In this document: piece after piece, positions 1 to 12,855 of the stretch
How positions within the stretch are numbered: position 1 is the first letter of the stretch
Layout of the letters: each line of letters opens with the position of its first letter
Assembly (NCBI RefSeq): GCF_026571515.1
Contig: NW_026859228.1
Coordinates: 124,001-188,000 of the forward strand
Reading direction: 5' to 3'
DNA: 64,000 nt
DNA from: Ruditapes philippinarum
Taxonomy: Eukaryota
Notes under the pieces: generated by a model
What the model saw: the letters and a program-made list of their open reading frames with translations, nothing else
Databases searched by the model: none
What the model was told of the DNA's origin: nothing
Translations under genes and position numbers: made by a program

Positions 1-3000
1 GGTTTTATTTAGATAATGGCGTCATATATTGCGTCATTGTATCGACCACCCGACATTGTTGAGCATATCGCGAACTCACTCACTACAGGGCATCCAAATA
101 TTAGAAACCATTGCGTGGGAGCTTTTGGTACCAATGTCACACATTTAATTCAATAGTTAATTTTATAACTTTATATACTTAACACAAATACGTAAAAATA
201 GATATCTAATGCAAAGTAAACAAACGGCAATAGAAAAACCTGCATACGAAGTGAATGTGATATCCGAAATAGCACTGATCCTTTGTAAACGATGACTTAT
301 CATATATCCTTAAAAAGAAACTTTCCTTTAACAAAAATAATGCATCATTTTGTGTTACATATCACCTTTTATTCATTTCACTTCAAAACGAGATTGAGAA
401 CTTTTATTACAAAAATATCAATGACTTCTTTAAAGGAACGGGACAATTGCTCAGCCATGTAAGAAAAATAAAACTTTCAATTGCACTTAAGAAATGATTA
501 AGGCCCAATTGTTGAAAATAATTAATTTCTTTAAAGAATTCTTCGTGGGAAGCCATATCCAATCAAAATGATGATGTTTACATTTAGAGTGATATTGTTG
601 ATTAAATTAAGTAATACTATTGTACGAAGCAGACGACTGGAATTCGTCTGATTCTTTGTCAAGTGTAAAGGGGGCTAAATGTGAAAAGAAAACAGAAACA
701 GACCGAGTGCGTTCATTTCAAACACATTAAATAGTAAAATGCATCCGATAATACTTTGTTTGCGTTTCCTTTAAAATGTTCTAAATTTTTACATTTTTTG
801 AAATTGAATTTGATTCTTTTATTTTTCTTTTGTTAAGTATGTTTTAATTTCATTTGGTCTGTTAACAATCGAAAGTAAGACACTGTTATAGCAACGTAAG
901 ATGAAGGTGATTCTATAACAAAGGTGTTAAAATTAACATTTATTTACAGTATGATATTCCAGATAAATCTAATTATTTTATACCAGTACTGACAAGGCAC
1001 AAAATGACATATTGTAAGTTGGTAGCTGTTACACTTCTGCTAGACAACTAGTATCAATAAAAACTCAATAGAGTATTGCAAATATAATTTAAAAATAAAA
1101 GAACAAACACCACATATATATCAACCAATATTATATGTGCACATGAAAATAAGTAAAAAAGTAATTATGAAAAAAGAAGATAACATAAAAAAATTGCATA
1201 CGTAATACTAGTAAAATATTTTATGAAAGTTCAAAACAGTATCAGAATGGTTAAAATAGTTAATTTAAAGAAAGTGTTAATATGAAATAATAATATTTTA
1301 TAGCCATTTCTTAAATTTCACAAGCCCCATGATAGAGATTTTTAAAGAAAAGCTTGATGTTTCTAAAAGCTATTTATGTTTTGTTTCAAATAGATCTACT
1401 TAGAAACATATAAAGAGCAATGATTCACTATCAACCTTTTTTCTCGTTGATTGTATATTGCTAAATCACTGTTGTACCCTTGGCCGTCGTAGGCAACCAT
1501 AATGCTTATAACCATTCTTTAAAGTATGGAGAACCTATGAATTCAGATTCGCATGTTTTCGCAACTTAAATCAACCTATATACCAAACAAAACCAAAACA
1601 ATTGCTATATTTCAAAATGTATTTCTAGAATAACCTTTTTGTATTAAATATTCCAAGTATTTCAAATATGCGAGCTTGAGCTAATTCTACAGAATTCAAT
1701 TAATTACATTTTATATTCTTCTTTTTTAATCAAATCTGTTTCCCAGCAACAAATCACCAAAAATATTTTTTTTAAAAAAGTATCTTAAATGTTATGTCAA
1801 TGTGTTTTCCATAAAACTTACGTCATATTGTAACAGACTTGTACATTTAAGGCCGCTATAAACAATATCATAAAAAAAACAATGGAATCATAATCTATCA
1901 TTAAACTGTCAAAAGTTTAGTTACTCGGTTTCAGGCAGACAGCCAGAGTGGTTTTGCTTTGAATCAATCAATTTCTCCTTTATTGCTTTGAAATGGAAAT
2001 AACATATACAATGTATCTTAATATGAATTACAGCAATGTAAAAAATAATTATTTAATATTTAATTCAAGCCTGCACACACGTTCAAAATTAAAAAAAAAC
2101 AACAATCAGATAAACGTCCGAAATAGAAATCAAATAAAAAAATAATCAAACAAAGAAAACAACAACTGTAATAAGCTCCTGCTTTTATTGTACAACTGAT
2201 ATTGAATGTTCACGTACCTGAAATATTTAAACAAATGCTTTGTAATACAGTTCTGTTCATGACTGTATTTTGTGTTTTTTTTACTTTTCTATTTTTCACT
2301 CGCTGACAATACTTATTTATTTTGTGCTTTAACCTAAGTTTTGAATTGGTACAGATTAGAAACATTATCGTGCCGGGGAGAGTATATTTAAGATTGTGAA
2401 ATAAGCAAAAAAACTTTGGTTTCCTGGTTTTATTAAATCGACCATTGACTGCTTGAAATCAATTGGAATACTATTTCAAGTTGGCACCATTGGCATACAA
2501 TTTATTTAAGAAATGTTTTGTACATTGTTCCTCTTTTTATGTGTATCTTCTCCAGTACTTTAAAAATGTGTATTATTAATTATATACTAATAAGTTTATT
2601 TCATTAGTATGCATTTATCATGGTCATGTCATATAAATGTATTAATATATCTTGTCTTCATGTGCTTAAGAGCCTAATGGAAATGAAAAAATAAACTTTT
2701 ATACAACGTGCATTATTCAGCTTACCAGTTTCTAATAAAAAAAAGAAACACACATTGGTGTAAAAAAAAACATAAAAAAATATATATCTATGTAGCTTCC
2801 ATGATACAAGAGATGTCACGTATAACTGTTCCATGATTTAATGCGAATTGGTAAGTTTTAAATTGCTCAGTTCAACTCCGTATAAATTTTCATAATTGGC
2901 CGTTTTAACATTAAAACTGCCGATTTCACTAAATTTATAGGTCTTTAATGGTTTCTTTTAGGTAAATAACTACATTTAATTGGATGTAATTGAGATGGGG

Positions 3001-3135
3001 ACCAACCAAATTGTGCATTTTAATCATCTCAATCCACTTACCTTGAGTTATTGCCTTATTGATGAAATTTGATAAAAAAAAATCTCTCCAATATGTGAGA
3101 ATTTTTGTAAAGCACTGTCATACTTGAATACATTT

Positions 3136-3370
3136 GAGCCGTGTCACGACAAAACCAACATAGTGCGTTTGCGACCAGCATGGATCCAGACCAGCCTGCG
3201 CATCCGCGCAGTCTGATCAGGATCCATGCTGTTCGCTTACCAACCCTTTTACAAGTAGAGAAACTGATAGCGAACAGCATGGATTCTGATCAGACTGCGC
3301 GGATGCGCAGGCTGGTCTGGATCCATGCTGATCGCAAACCCATTATGTTGGTTTTGTCGTGACACGGCTC
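3136..3370. mobile_element. Palindromic MITE (non-autonomous DNA transposon, Sola-like termini), copy 1
   Basis: About 100-bp near-perfect inverted arms GAGCCGTGTCACGACAAAACC...GGTTTTGTCGTGACACGGCTC, flanked on both sides by ATTT (4-bp TSD). A second copy lies at 6659-6893. GAG..CTC termini with a 4-bp AWWT TSD resemble Sola; the superfamily call is inference. Confidence 0.85.
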
Positions 3371-6300
3371 ATTTTACTATCCTCTTATTTGGAAAGAATG
3401 GATGATTGGCCAGATATATCTACATTATTGTCTCGTCTGAATGAAGAGCTCTCATCTTAGATAACAAACGTAACAATCGCTATCTTTATGCTATAAAACT
3501 TATTAACTTTGGATTAAAGGAAATAAGCGAAATATTTAAAGAATTTAAGAATGCAGTATTCATTCCAACACGAGTTACGAATAACAAATATAACTAGTTC
3601 ATGGTGGAAACTGATTAAAAATGTCTTTTGCAAATATTTGAGTATTACGGTTGTCGGCGTGGCTGGGTTATATCGAGAACGTTGCATTGCCTTCTTGATA
3701 ATTGTTTCATCCTTTGTATATAATGGTTGCTGTCAATGCATTAAGAAAAAAAGCTGCTCATATTTAAATTTTTATATGCAAAATGTCTTTTTATTAAGTT
3801 CTCAGAAGTTTCTGTTGACAACAATGTTAATTAAATACACACAAGTGACAATACAATATTTACGATGTACAAGAACGAGTCAGTTTATTAATTTACTTTG
3901 AACATGGCTTCATCTGTTTAGTTGACACACGCCTTTGAATCATCTTGTAATTAAAAATATATTTAAAATAATCACTTTAACTGTTTTTAACAAAATATGA
4001 AAATATGAAAGTAAAACATATTTTGTCCTTTAATAATTTTAGTGATACGAGACAATTAAAACAATGATTAATTTTAATTTAAAATTATGCCCCCTTCCAC
4101 CCGACCCCCTCCCCCCAAAAACGACTTTGAAAGTATTAGTTCAATCTTTTGTTGAAATTAACATTATTTAATACATAACTTTGATAAACTTTCTTTTCTG
4201 GTAAGATCCAGAGCCGATATAGGTAAGGTAGTTGCCTTGTCGAATATTATTTTCATTAAGAATGCAGACAAGGAGAGATTGACTTGACCAACTCGTATAA
4301 ATATTGACTACATTTGACGCTTATTGGATGACAGTAAAACAGGTGTATATGATACCGTTGTAATTTAGAATTGGAATGATGCAGTCACAGAAAGCTTATA
4401 ATAATAACATAATAACTTCTTGACCTTGGGCGAACTTTTACAACAATTAGGTAAAGAGTGCAATTATAGTCCAATATATTATCGTAGCTTTATCAACGTG
4501 TTGTCAACCAAGGTAATAATTTACACGTGAAAACTGAAATCGATCAGTTGTAATTTGCACGGTTCGTGGACGATTTGTACAAATTGGTAGCGACTACCTC
4601 TGTCAGTTGAATAACCTCCTAGTAATAATCACCTACTAAGTTTCTACAAGTTTTCAATAGATGAAGAGCCGGCAGATGTTTTCCTTGTTACTAAAGAAAA
4701 TGGTATGACAAAATTCACCGTCGCTTTGCATATGAACGGGCACAGGGTGGACAAAAACCGTACGCTAACAGGCATTCTTTGCTTTACTTAATGATAGATT
4801 GAAATTTATGTCTTTATTTAACAAGTAACCTAATACTGCTATGTCAGCTAGAGGACTATCATCCAGCCTACACCCACTGTCCGTTTATGCTTTTTTTCTC
4901 CTATTTTTAACTGTTACTGAATAACATTGCACTTTTCCGACAACGGTCATTGGCGTCTTATGAAACAGATAATTTAGCGTAGGAATTTGGCATCCTCCTA
5001 CATGTTGTTAAAGAATTTGCTTAGCGATTATTGAAATAAATTAATATGCATCAGACATGGAAAACGTATTTAATTATAATCAGGTGAGGCGTCTAATCAA
5101 GGCATGTCTGTAATAGAAATGAGCGAATTAAAGAATTAAAGTGAATCAGTTAATGAATAAATATGGCCACGTAGCACCTGGATTAATTTATTATATCTGT
5201 ACCACGATGATGGGTAATGGATTAGTGATCAAATGTAATCAAATTGACCATTGATCAGCCATGATGTTTTGGACATTGAGCGTGAAATGTTAAGAAAACC
5301 AGAACATAAAGTTCACTCTTGAATAATTTTTGAAACAAATTTACCGTCAAAAAATCAAGTCTTTTAAGTACTAGCGTCTCAACTGTGTTTTCATATTTCT
5401 ACATTGGTATTTATATGTCTGTAATACATTAATAAGATCGGCGATAGTTAAATACCTTTTTATTGCCGAAAATTAACTTAAAATTGATATTTTCATAAAA
5501 GAGACTCTGAATAGATTCGATAGCACATTTAGATTCAGGGTAGCGTGAAACAGGATTTACCCAATGATATTGAGAAAAATGACGGCCTCCGCGGGAGGCT
5601 CTGGGTTCAAATACTTTCTCTTTTATTCAAGTATTATGCGGTAGAGGGGTTTAAACCCAATATGATTTCAGAATCTATCAACCAGTGGATGATATATTAA
5701 ATACTGTTCATAATATATCGTAATCATATTGTGGCAATATGTTGCCAAAATATGTGTCTTTCTATAGCTTGAAACAAATTTTCTAATTTTACAAATAGAA
5801 TCCATATATCATAAGGACGCACATCAAGATCTAACTTACAAAAAGAAAATACTACAAGAAATAAACCTACATAACAGAGCCGATTTTTCATCCTCTTTAA
5901 CTCTTCCCCAAAATGAAAAAGAAAGTGAAACAAAAACATTATTCACACATACTTACACAAGAACAAAAACCTTTGGTAGATTAGAAGAATGATGTTTACA
6001 CAAGAACTGGAAGAAAAGTTAAACAAATTTGAACCGATGTAACCAAATAAGGTAAGCCTCTTACATTTATTTGAACTTATCTACTTTATAGTCTATTTCT
6101 ATATCATATCCTTAACTTCTACCGATCATTGTAATTAAAGAAAGTGCAAATGAGATTTTCATGTATTATTGCCTGTCCAACTCATACAATGGAAGGTATG
6201 ATGATGATTTTTGCTCGGATGCTCTCTCGAATGCAGAACCACCTTTGAACTGTCAATAAATCTCCAACTTAGATGTAAAAATGGAACTTGAAACTTTCAT

Positions 6301-6658
6301 ATAGTTATAAATCTTTCACTTTATATTTTAAGCTAAAAACACAATGAAGAAAGAAAAAAAAGTAAGAAAAGGAAAAAAGAAGAAAGCGTTTTTTGCAAGT
6401 TTTTCTTATCCGATCATTCTTATTCAAACAGTTGTCTTATTCATGCTACAAACATGAATTAGATGTTTCTACATCACTTCAACTTATCCACAATAAAATC
6501 TTTTAAGCAGAAAACATGTTACATTTCACTTGTTGACATTTATAAATTAAATGTTCACCATTCGTTCAATCGTTTATGTATACCAATATACCAGGTGTAG
6601 AACATAAAACATTCGTATGTGTCACTAAAGTCAATAACTTCATTTTAGAAGATAATTT

Positions 6659-6893
6659 GAGCCGCGTCATGACAAAACCAACATAATAGGTTTGCGACCA
6701 GCATGGATCCAGATCAGCCTGCGCATCCGCGCAGTCTGATCAGGATCCATGCTGTTCGCTAACAAACCCTATTACATGTAGAGAAACTGATAGCGAACAG
6801 CATGGATCCTGATCAGACTGCGCGGATGCGCAGGCTGGTCTGGATCCATGCTGGTCGCAAACCCATTATGTTGGTTTTGTCGTGACGCGGCTC
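6659..6893. mobile_element. Palindromic MITE, copy 2
   Basis: Closely similar to 3136-3370, with the same ATTT-GAGCC...GGCTC-ATTT boundaries. Confidence 0.85.
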
Positions 6894-7030
6894 ATTTCAT
6901 GATACAATTTGATTTCACTTTTTAGGCCGCATAAATCTTTCAAAAACAGAGCTTAATACAGAAAATAAAGTGTTTGTTGTCTTTTTTATATTAAATTTTT
7001 GATTTTAAGTACATCGTACTTGAATGCACT

Positions 7031-7330
7031 GTCCGGTTAGCTCAATTGGTAGACTGTAATTCGGGCAGCCCGGATTCGATTTCCAGACGGTGCAGGCCAC
7101 TTTTGTTGTGATTGCTCATATTAATGCTTTCTAAGGTTATTCGCACTAAACCTTTGCTCTCGCATGTTCAGAAGTTATACCAGTTCCTAGCGAAAATGAA
7201 GGCACTTGTTCTGGTAAACTGCTTGACAGGATGATGTTGTGGCTGAACTGTGCTCTGGTAAATTCTAAGTGGCTAACGCCCGTGATCCGGAGAGTTAACT
7301 ATAAAGAACACCGCCGCACCGTACTTGAAA
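7031..7330 (+). mobile_element. Degenerate tRNA-derived SINE
   Basis: Pol III A-box TAGCTCAATTGG and B-box GGATTCGATTTCC (about 7072-7084), followed by a non-tRNA body. No intact cloverleaf. The 3' end is approximate. Confidence 0.6.
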
Positions 7331-7651
7331 TTCAATGTTTAAGACAAGGAAATATTCCGTAAATAACTTCACATGTACTTCATCTTAGTGATGATAAGTT
7401 TTTCTTACACCCTGGGATCTTTGTTTTGATAAAATAATGTTAAACCGGTGCTACGGGGGTATTAGAAATGTCATGAAATTCATTGTGCCTCATAAAATGA
7501 CCTGTTCAGGAGACTGTGACTATATATGTTTAGTATATTAAACTATCTTTTATAAAATGCATTTTGATGGACACATTCCTCCCCTATTCTCTTTTCTTGT
7601 ACATGTATATTATATATTCAATGCCTCATTTTTAAAATAATTTTATTAAAC

Positions 7652-7790
7652 GGTGGCCTTGTAGTAAAGGTGTCTGATTCTTAATCCAGGGATCCTGAGT
7701 TCGAGCCATACTGGGTCACGACCATGTTTCATCATATGAAAACAGGCTTGAATTCCAGGAATCGGACTCGAATATGAATATAAGTTGGTC
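7652..7790 (+). mobile_element. Degenerate tRNA-derived SINE
   Basis: A-box-like TGGCCTTGTAGT and B-box GAGTTCGAGCC (7697-7707). The body TTCCAGGAATCGGACTCG resembles the SINE body at 19406-19542. Confidence 0.55.
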
Positions 7791-8195
7791 AATCGATAAC
7801 ATGATATCATTTGCTTTGATCTCAAAACTTATTTTTACGGGTATATTTTCTTACCTGATTTATTTGGAGGTCTTACTTTTACATAACTTAACGCTTTACT
7901 GTGTCTAGGACAAAATGACGCTGATTAAATATGGAGAACAGAACATATATATGTAGCTCAATTAATACAAAATGATGATAACTAACTTGATATATTACAC
8001 AAAACTGTATAAGATTATCGATGAACACATACAACTGGAAGTTTTTATGCCATAGGCTTAATACTTATTTTTTTCTGAACCTATCAAACTCAATGGTTTC
8101 TGTGACTTGGAATTTTCCCATATCTGAAGATGTTTAGAATTATGTCCAATACTTTCTTTGGTAACTTTACTGATAAAACTGTTTAATTCAAACAA

Positions 8196-8300
8196 TATGA
8201 TAAACAAGATCAACAAGGAAAGACGGCGTTCAATGAACGTAACCCCCACACGACACGGCAACAAGAACCAGCGGCAAGGAGCCCAGGAGGATCCCAAACA
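8196..8300 (-). repeat. 3' tail of a non-LTR retroelement (dispersed repeat)
   Basis: TAAACAAGATCAACAAGGAAAG(A/G)CGGCGTTCAA(T/C)G..CCCCCACACGA recurs at about 19569-19673 and 35345-35400, and reversed at about 59860-59950. One end is fixed and the other is variable. Confidence 0.6.
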
Positions 8301-8412
8301 AAAACAGAAAGTATAACCTTTTGGCCAAAAAGACAAGCAACGTGGATTTTCTTGTTTTATAAGCTTATAGATAGGGAGACTCCCTTTTGAATACACATAG
8401 CGGCACAAGTAA

Positions 8413-8777
8413 AATAGATAAATACAGAATCCCCGAAGAACGCCCAGCACGACAAAATTGAAAATGTTGCAGGCTCGGTTTGATTGAGCCTGTTCATGGA
8501 CGGTACTGAAAAGTGCAAGTTACCGTCCACGCCCCCTAGCACCGGCTTAAGCAGAATTCAACATTTAACCTGAACTGGTAAAATTTAGAATTTTGGAACA
8601 CCCGCAGATGTGTTCATATGGCGGTTATCATGGAACTTTCAGTGTGGCACGTTGTAGTGCCATGCCATGAAAAGCGGCATATGGTCCCCAAGTAAAAAAA
8701 AATGCGTGTGCCCTAAACGAGAAAACAATGGGCGGAACTAAATAAAATGGAATTTTGAAAGGGGATCTGAGGTTATG
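8413..8777 (+). repeat. Dispersed repeat family A (about 360 bp, putative non-autonomous DNA element)
   Basis: A near-identical reverse copy lies at 22563-22923. Partial copies at about 8790-8880, 9090-9310, 38385-38415 and 45893-46035. Confidence 0.75.
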
Positions 8778-11482
8778 AAACATTATAAAACATGTTGCAG
8801 GTTCGGTTTGACTGACCCTGTTCATTGATACTAGTATTTGCAAGCTTTCGTACAAGTCCCAAAGCTACGACTTAAGCAAATGAACATAAATGAACATTTG
8901 TTTAACGTAAGTAATTGACAGGTCGCTATACATTTGGCTGCAAAGGTTGGTTTATTCAAATGAGTGCATCCGTTATGAGACACTATATATAAAAGTATCA
9001 ATCATATTTAAATCTACAACTAGTCGTACTAAATTGAATTTATAAACTTCTTGTTTATAATCTCTGATATATCAAACAAAAAGAAAAACGCCAAAATAAA
9101 GAACCGACACGGACAAATTGAAACTGTTACAGGCATAGCTGGATGTACGGTAGTGGTAAGTTAATGCGTACATCCAAGAACCCTAAGCTACTTATGCAAA
9201 TTTAACATTATTAAAAATGAAAAGGGTCTGATTTAGAATTTAGGCAGATTTGCAGATGTGTTCATATGGTGGTTATCATTTAACCTAAAATACGATGTAT
9301 GGTCTCCAAGTTGTTTCACGGTTTTCCTGTCAGTACTACCTTCTACTGCCTTTTTATCATTAAATTTAGTGTTCGTATTTAAAAATGAATGGCATTATAA
9401 CAACACATTATGATAAACCTGATGATGTCTTATATCTAATAAAAAAACGTTTTCAATTCAATCATACATAATTTGCATGTAAACGACAGGCGATATTTAA
9501 AGCATATTTTAACGCAGACAAATTTAACAATAATTTCAGATATCTTCGTATTTTAATAAACACCCTTTTTATTGCACTTTTATTACAAATTTGGGAATAA
9601 TACACACATTCCACGGCGGGATTTCTCCCAGACTATGGCAATTTGATAACTGTAGACTACATACAAAATACGTTAATAATAAAAGTAGAATTTAGCTGTG
9701 CATGTTTTTTAAAAACCGTGACAGTTTTACAGGTAATTTAATGTCTATCTAAATAGACGGGCCCACACAGAGTGTGACAGTTTTAAGGTGAACGTCTACT
9801 AATTGGGAATTAAACTTTAGGGTAAGAAGTTGCATTCTCGCATTATCCAGGTATGGAATGGATTGAGTTAATAAACCAAAAGTACTGAAAAAATCTGATT
9901 TGTTTAAATGAAGAACATAAACTGACATATATGGTTATACCTGAAATAAATAACATGGAAACCTTAAAGAACGTCCGAAGAATTATATCTACACTAAAAT
10001 AAGACTATCTAGGAATATAGAACTATTGATGAAATGCGTTGAAACTTATGGCAAATAAAAACAATTTTGTTCGTCATGGGTAAATATAATCAAATTCACA
10101 CACGCTTGAGGATATTCAAATCAACGCTTGCCTTGAATTATTAAAACTTTCCTGTAAATTTTAAATGCCCCTTGCTATGTTTCAAGAAAATTATAAATAT
10201 GTTCTTAATGAAATCGTACTTTTTTCGACCTTGGGTTCTTGCTCTTTGATTTTTAGTTAGATCAACAGTCTATTTGTCATGTTTTCCCGGTATTTGCCGG
10301 AAAGGTTTTCAGAGAACTGTGTCGATACCTAATTTCAGACCATAGGATTACCATAGATATTGTAAAAAGTGTCTGCTTTTAATTTGATGTGAAGAAAGAA
10401 AGAGCAAACAGAAAACTTACAATAAATGTTTACTTGGTAGAAATAAAAGGTATGTTTAAATTTGATAGTGAAAATAGCACATGTTTTCAAGTATAGACAG
10501 TTCTATCTGATATTTTCAAGCGCAGCAAATACGACAGCAGTAAATAGTAATTTCGATATCACAAGATAGGATTAAGAAAACGTTCTAACAATAACTGACT
10601 GCATCTGTGTGCTTCTTGAATTGATACAAGAATTACTCAGACATTACACAGCATTTTTTTGCAATGATAATATTTCTGCATTATTACAAGATTAATAAGA
10701 AATAACACCGGAACTGTTTATTCATGTTTAATTATACTTCTTTTTGAAAAATGATATTTTCCATTGTTGTTTCTTGGTTCACTACCTAACCTTGCAGCAA
10801 CATGATAAATTGATATGGAACATATTAGAAAGATGTTCATTTACTGACTACATGTATTTTGAACTTCTGGTATTGATATTAATTCATTTACAATACTTGC
10901 GAATTATTTGAGAACAAATCATGTCTGTTGATATTCATATCAAACTAGACGAAAATATACTTAAACAGATTTTAAGGTAAGATACTAATTTTAAATTCCA
11001 TTTACTAAGTTATTACAATCATATTAATTTAAATGTTAATATAATAAGGAATTGCTTCTGAATTTAATTAAAAGCTAATTACCAATAACTGTCTTGAAAT
11101 CAAATTTATAGAAAGTATATATTGTTATCGTAAGAAGTCCTAAAACAATTTAGTTCGGAACATTATACTTATAACAACAGGTGTTAAAGTGCTTTGTGGC
11201 CATTGTAAAATAAACTATCTTGCGCCTCATCTCAATGATGTAAAAGTATTGGTCTTCCGGGATCATTGATACTAAAATTTGATATGTTGAGTTTTGATTT
11301 AATTGAGGCAGTGCTTGGAGTGTGAGAGATTCTACACCTTTCATCATTTCAGTCACACCGAATCTACACATTTCAGTGGTCTATTTTTTAGTCATTGCTC
11401 TCGAATGATCAGCCCTTTACAGTGTAGAAACGGAATCACGGAAAAAAAATCTGGAAGAAGGATACTCTCTCGGAAGCATTAA

Positions 11483-11821
11483 AGATCCTGTACGTTGTAA
11501 TTAAAGTTGTAACCACACTTCAGTGAAATTTTATATATGTATATAATTATGCTTCTAGAACAATTTTAAAACATCGAAGAATATGTAAAATATGTACTGC
11601 AAATATTTGTCCACATTATATGTAATCATTTAAATATAAACATTCGTTTCTTATTGAAAAATTTGTTTAGAGTTTATAGAAAATAAATTTCTAATTACCT
11701 CCCTTTATTATTCGGTAATATCGTTACAAATAATGCTTTTTGGTACTTACAATATTGATAAATCTTCGTTTGAGCATTATATTTAGGATATAAAACCATA
11801 AAAAATTGTGTTACAGGATCT
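11483..11821. mobile_element. Kolobok-type MITE (AGATCCTG TIR, TTAA TSD)
   Basis: ttaa-AGATCCTGTA...TACAGGATCT-ttaa. The empty site GAAGCATTAATCAC is visible in the paralogous repeat at about 12088-12101. RR..YY termini with TTAA are Kolobok hallmarks. Confidence 0.85.
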
Positions 11822-12079
11822 TTAATCACGACAAAATTACATGAACATTGCAGAGTCGGGTTAATTGGGTTTGTTCATTAGGGATAAGGAAAAAGTGCAA
11901 CATACCTTACGCCCCCTTGAACCGGCTTAAGCGGTACTCTTCTTAAGAGTGTTGGAATCAATCATCCCGAAGGACAAGAAAAATGAAACAACACTTAAGT
12001 GAAATACGTGGCAACTGTTTACAACTACCACACGGGACTTGGCACCTGCTAGTGTGAAGTATACATTTGGAAGCATGTT

Positions 12080-12253
12080 GATCCTCGGAAGCATTAATCA
12101 CAAAAGAAATACATGAAAATTGCAGGCTCGGTTTGATTTAGTCTTTATATGAGGGATAATTGATAAGTGCAACATGCCTCACGACCCCTAGCATCGGCTT
12201 GAGCGGTACTCAATTTTCAACACTAAAACGTGCTGGAATCAATTATCCCGAAT
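12080..12253 (+). repeat. Dispersed repeat family B (about 175 bp)
   Basis: ATCCTCGGAAGCATTAATCAC...TGGAATCAATGATCCCGAA. Copies at about 11460-11975 (split by the MITE), 22442-22984 (split by family A), 33436-33616 and 58705-58860. Inverted end fragments at about 11251 and 60983. Confidence 0.7.
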
Positions 12254-12631
12254 CCATTACTTAAAAACAAAAAAGAAATTGCAACTTTCTTACGTCATTT
12301 TCTAGGCAAACAAAACCACGGGAAAGACATTCATGCAGGGCTCCGATGTCATCTTTAAATAAAAATATCCTCTACAATTCTGATATATTTATCAAAGGGA
12401 CTAAACTGCACCATATTCGATTGTTACTTAACTGTCGCGATTGTATCCCTTATGTAGCGTCATGTTATTGTTAAAGTAGGACTAAATCTTAAAAGAATTC
12501 TTTAAAAGTACAAGCAAAATTGAAATACGGATTCGTGCCCAATATTACCCATATTTCATAAGAATACGGTCAATTGTATCAACTTAACTTTATATACACA
12601 TAATTTATTAAAGAGTAATAGTTCATACAAA

Positions 12632-12706
12632 AAGAGTGCATTCCCCTTGTTTTTAAACTTCCGCGTTCCAAAGTTCAATGTTTTGCTTGTTGATCAGAAG
12701 GTAAGA
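12632..12706 (+). promoter_or_regulatory. Putative promoter / non-coding exon 1 of TRIM-like copy 1 (donor GT at 12701)
   Basis: ACTTCCGCGTTCCA at 12657-12670 and AG|GTAAG. The module recurs upstream of every paralogue. Confidence 0.65.
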
Positions 12707-12845
12707 CATTTTATAATATTAATATCATACTTACAATGAAATCATATTTCAAACGTTTGTTAACAAGGTGAATTTAAGTACATCATATTGTTGTGTTTTT
12801 ACGTTTTTTAAGGATAAATATGAATATTGATAGATTTCACAACAT

Positions 12846-12855
12846 GTCACGTGAC
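12846..12855. promoter_or_regulatory. Palindromic E-box GTCACGTGAC (CLEAR/USF/MiT-TFE type), intron 1 of unit 1
   Basis: Positionally conserved in units 3 (34250), 4 (38757), 5 (46831, TCACATGA) and 6 (63103); degenerate in unit 2. Confidence 0.55.

Noticed and set aside
3056-3362. 73-74 aa ORFs on both strands
   Set aside because: They lie within the palindromic MITE and arise from its GC content and symmetry.
4660-4790. Short open stretch after a TTTTCAATAG acceptor-like site
   Set aside because: No recognisable domain, donor or paralogue, so it cannot be supported as an exon.
7031-7100. Possible tRNA gene (also 7652-7715)
   Set aside because: A and B boxes are present, but there is no consistent acceptor or anticodon stem and the sequence runs into SINE-like bodies.
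12678-12700. Upstream ATG in exon 1 of unit 1
   Set aside because: It is out of frame with the CDS and absent from units 2, 3, 5 and 6.
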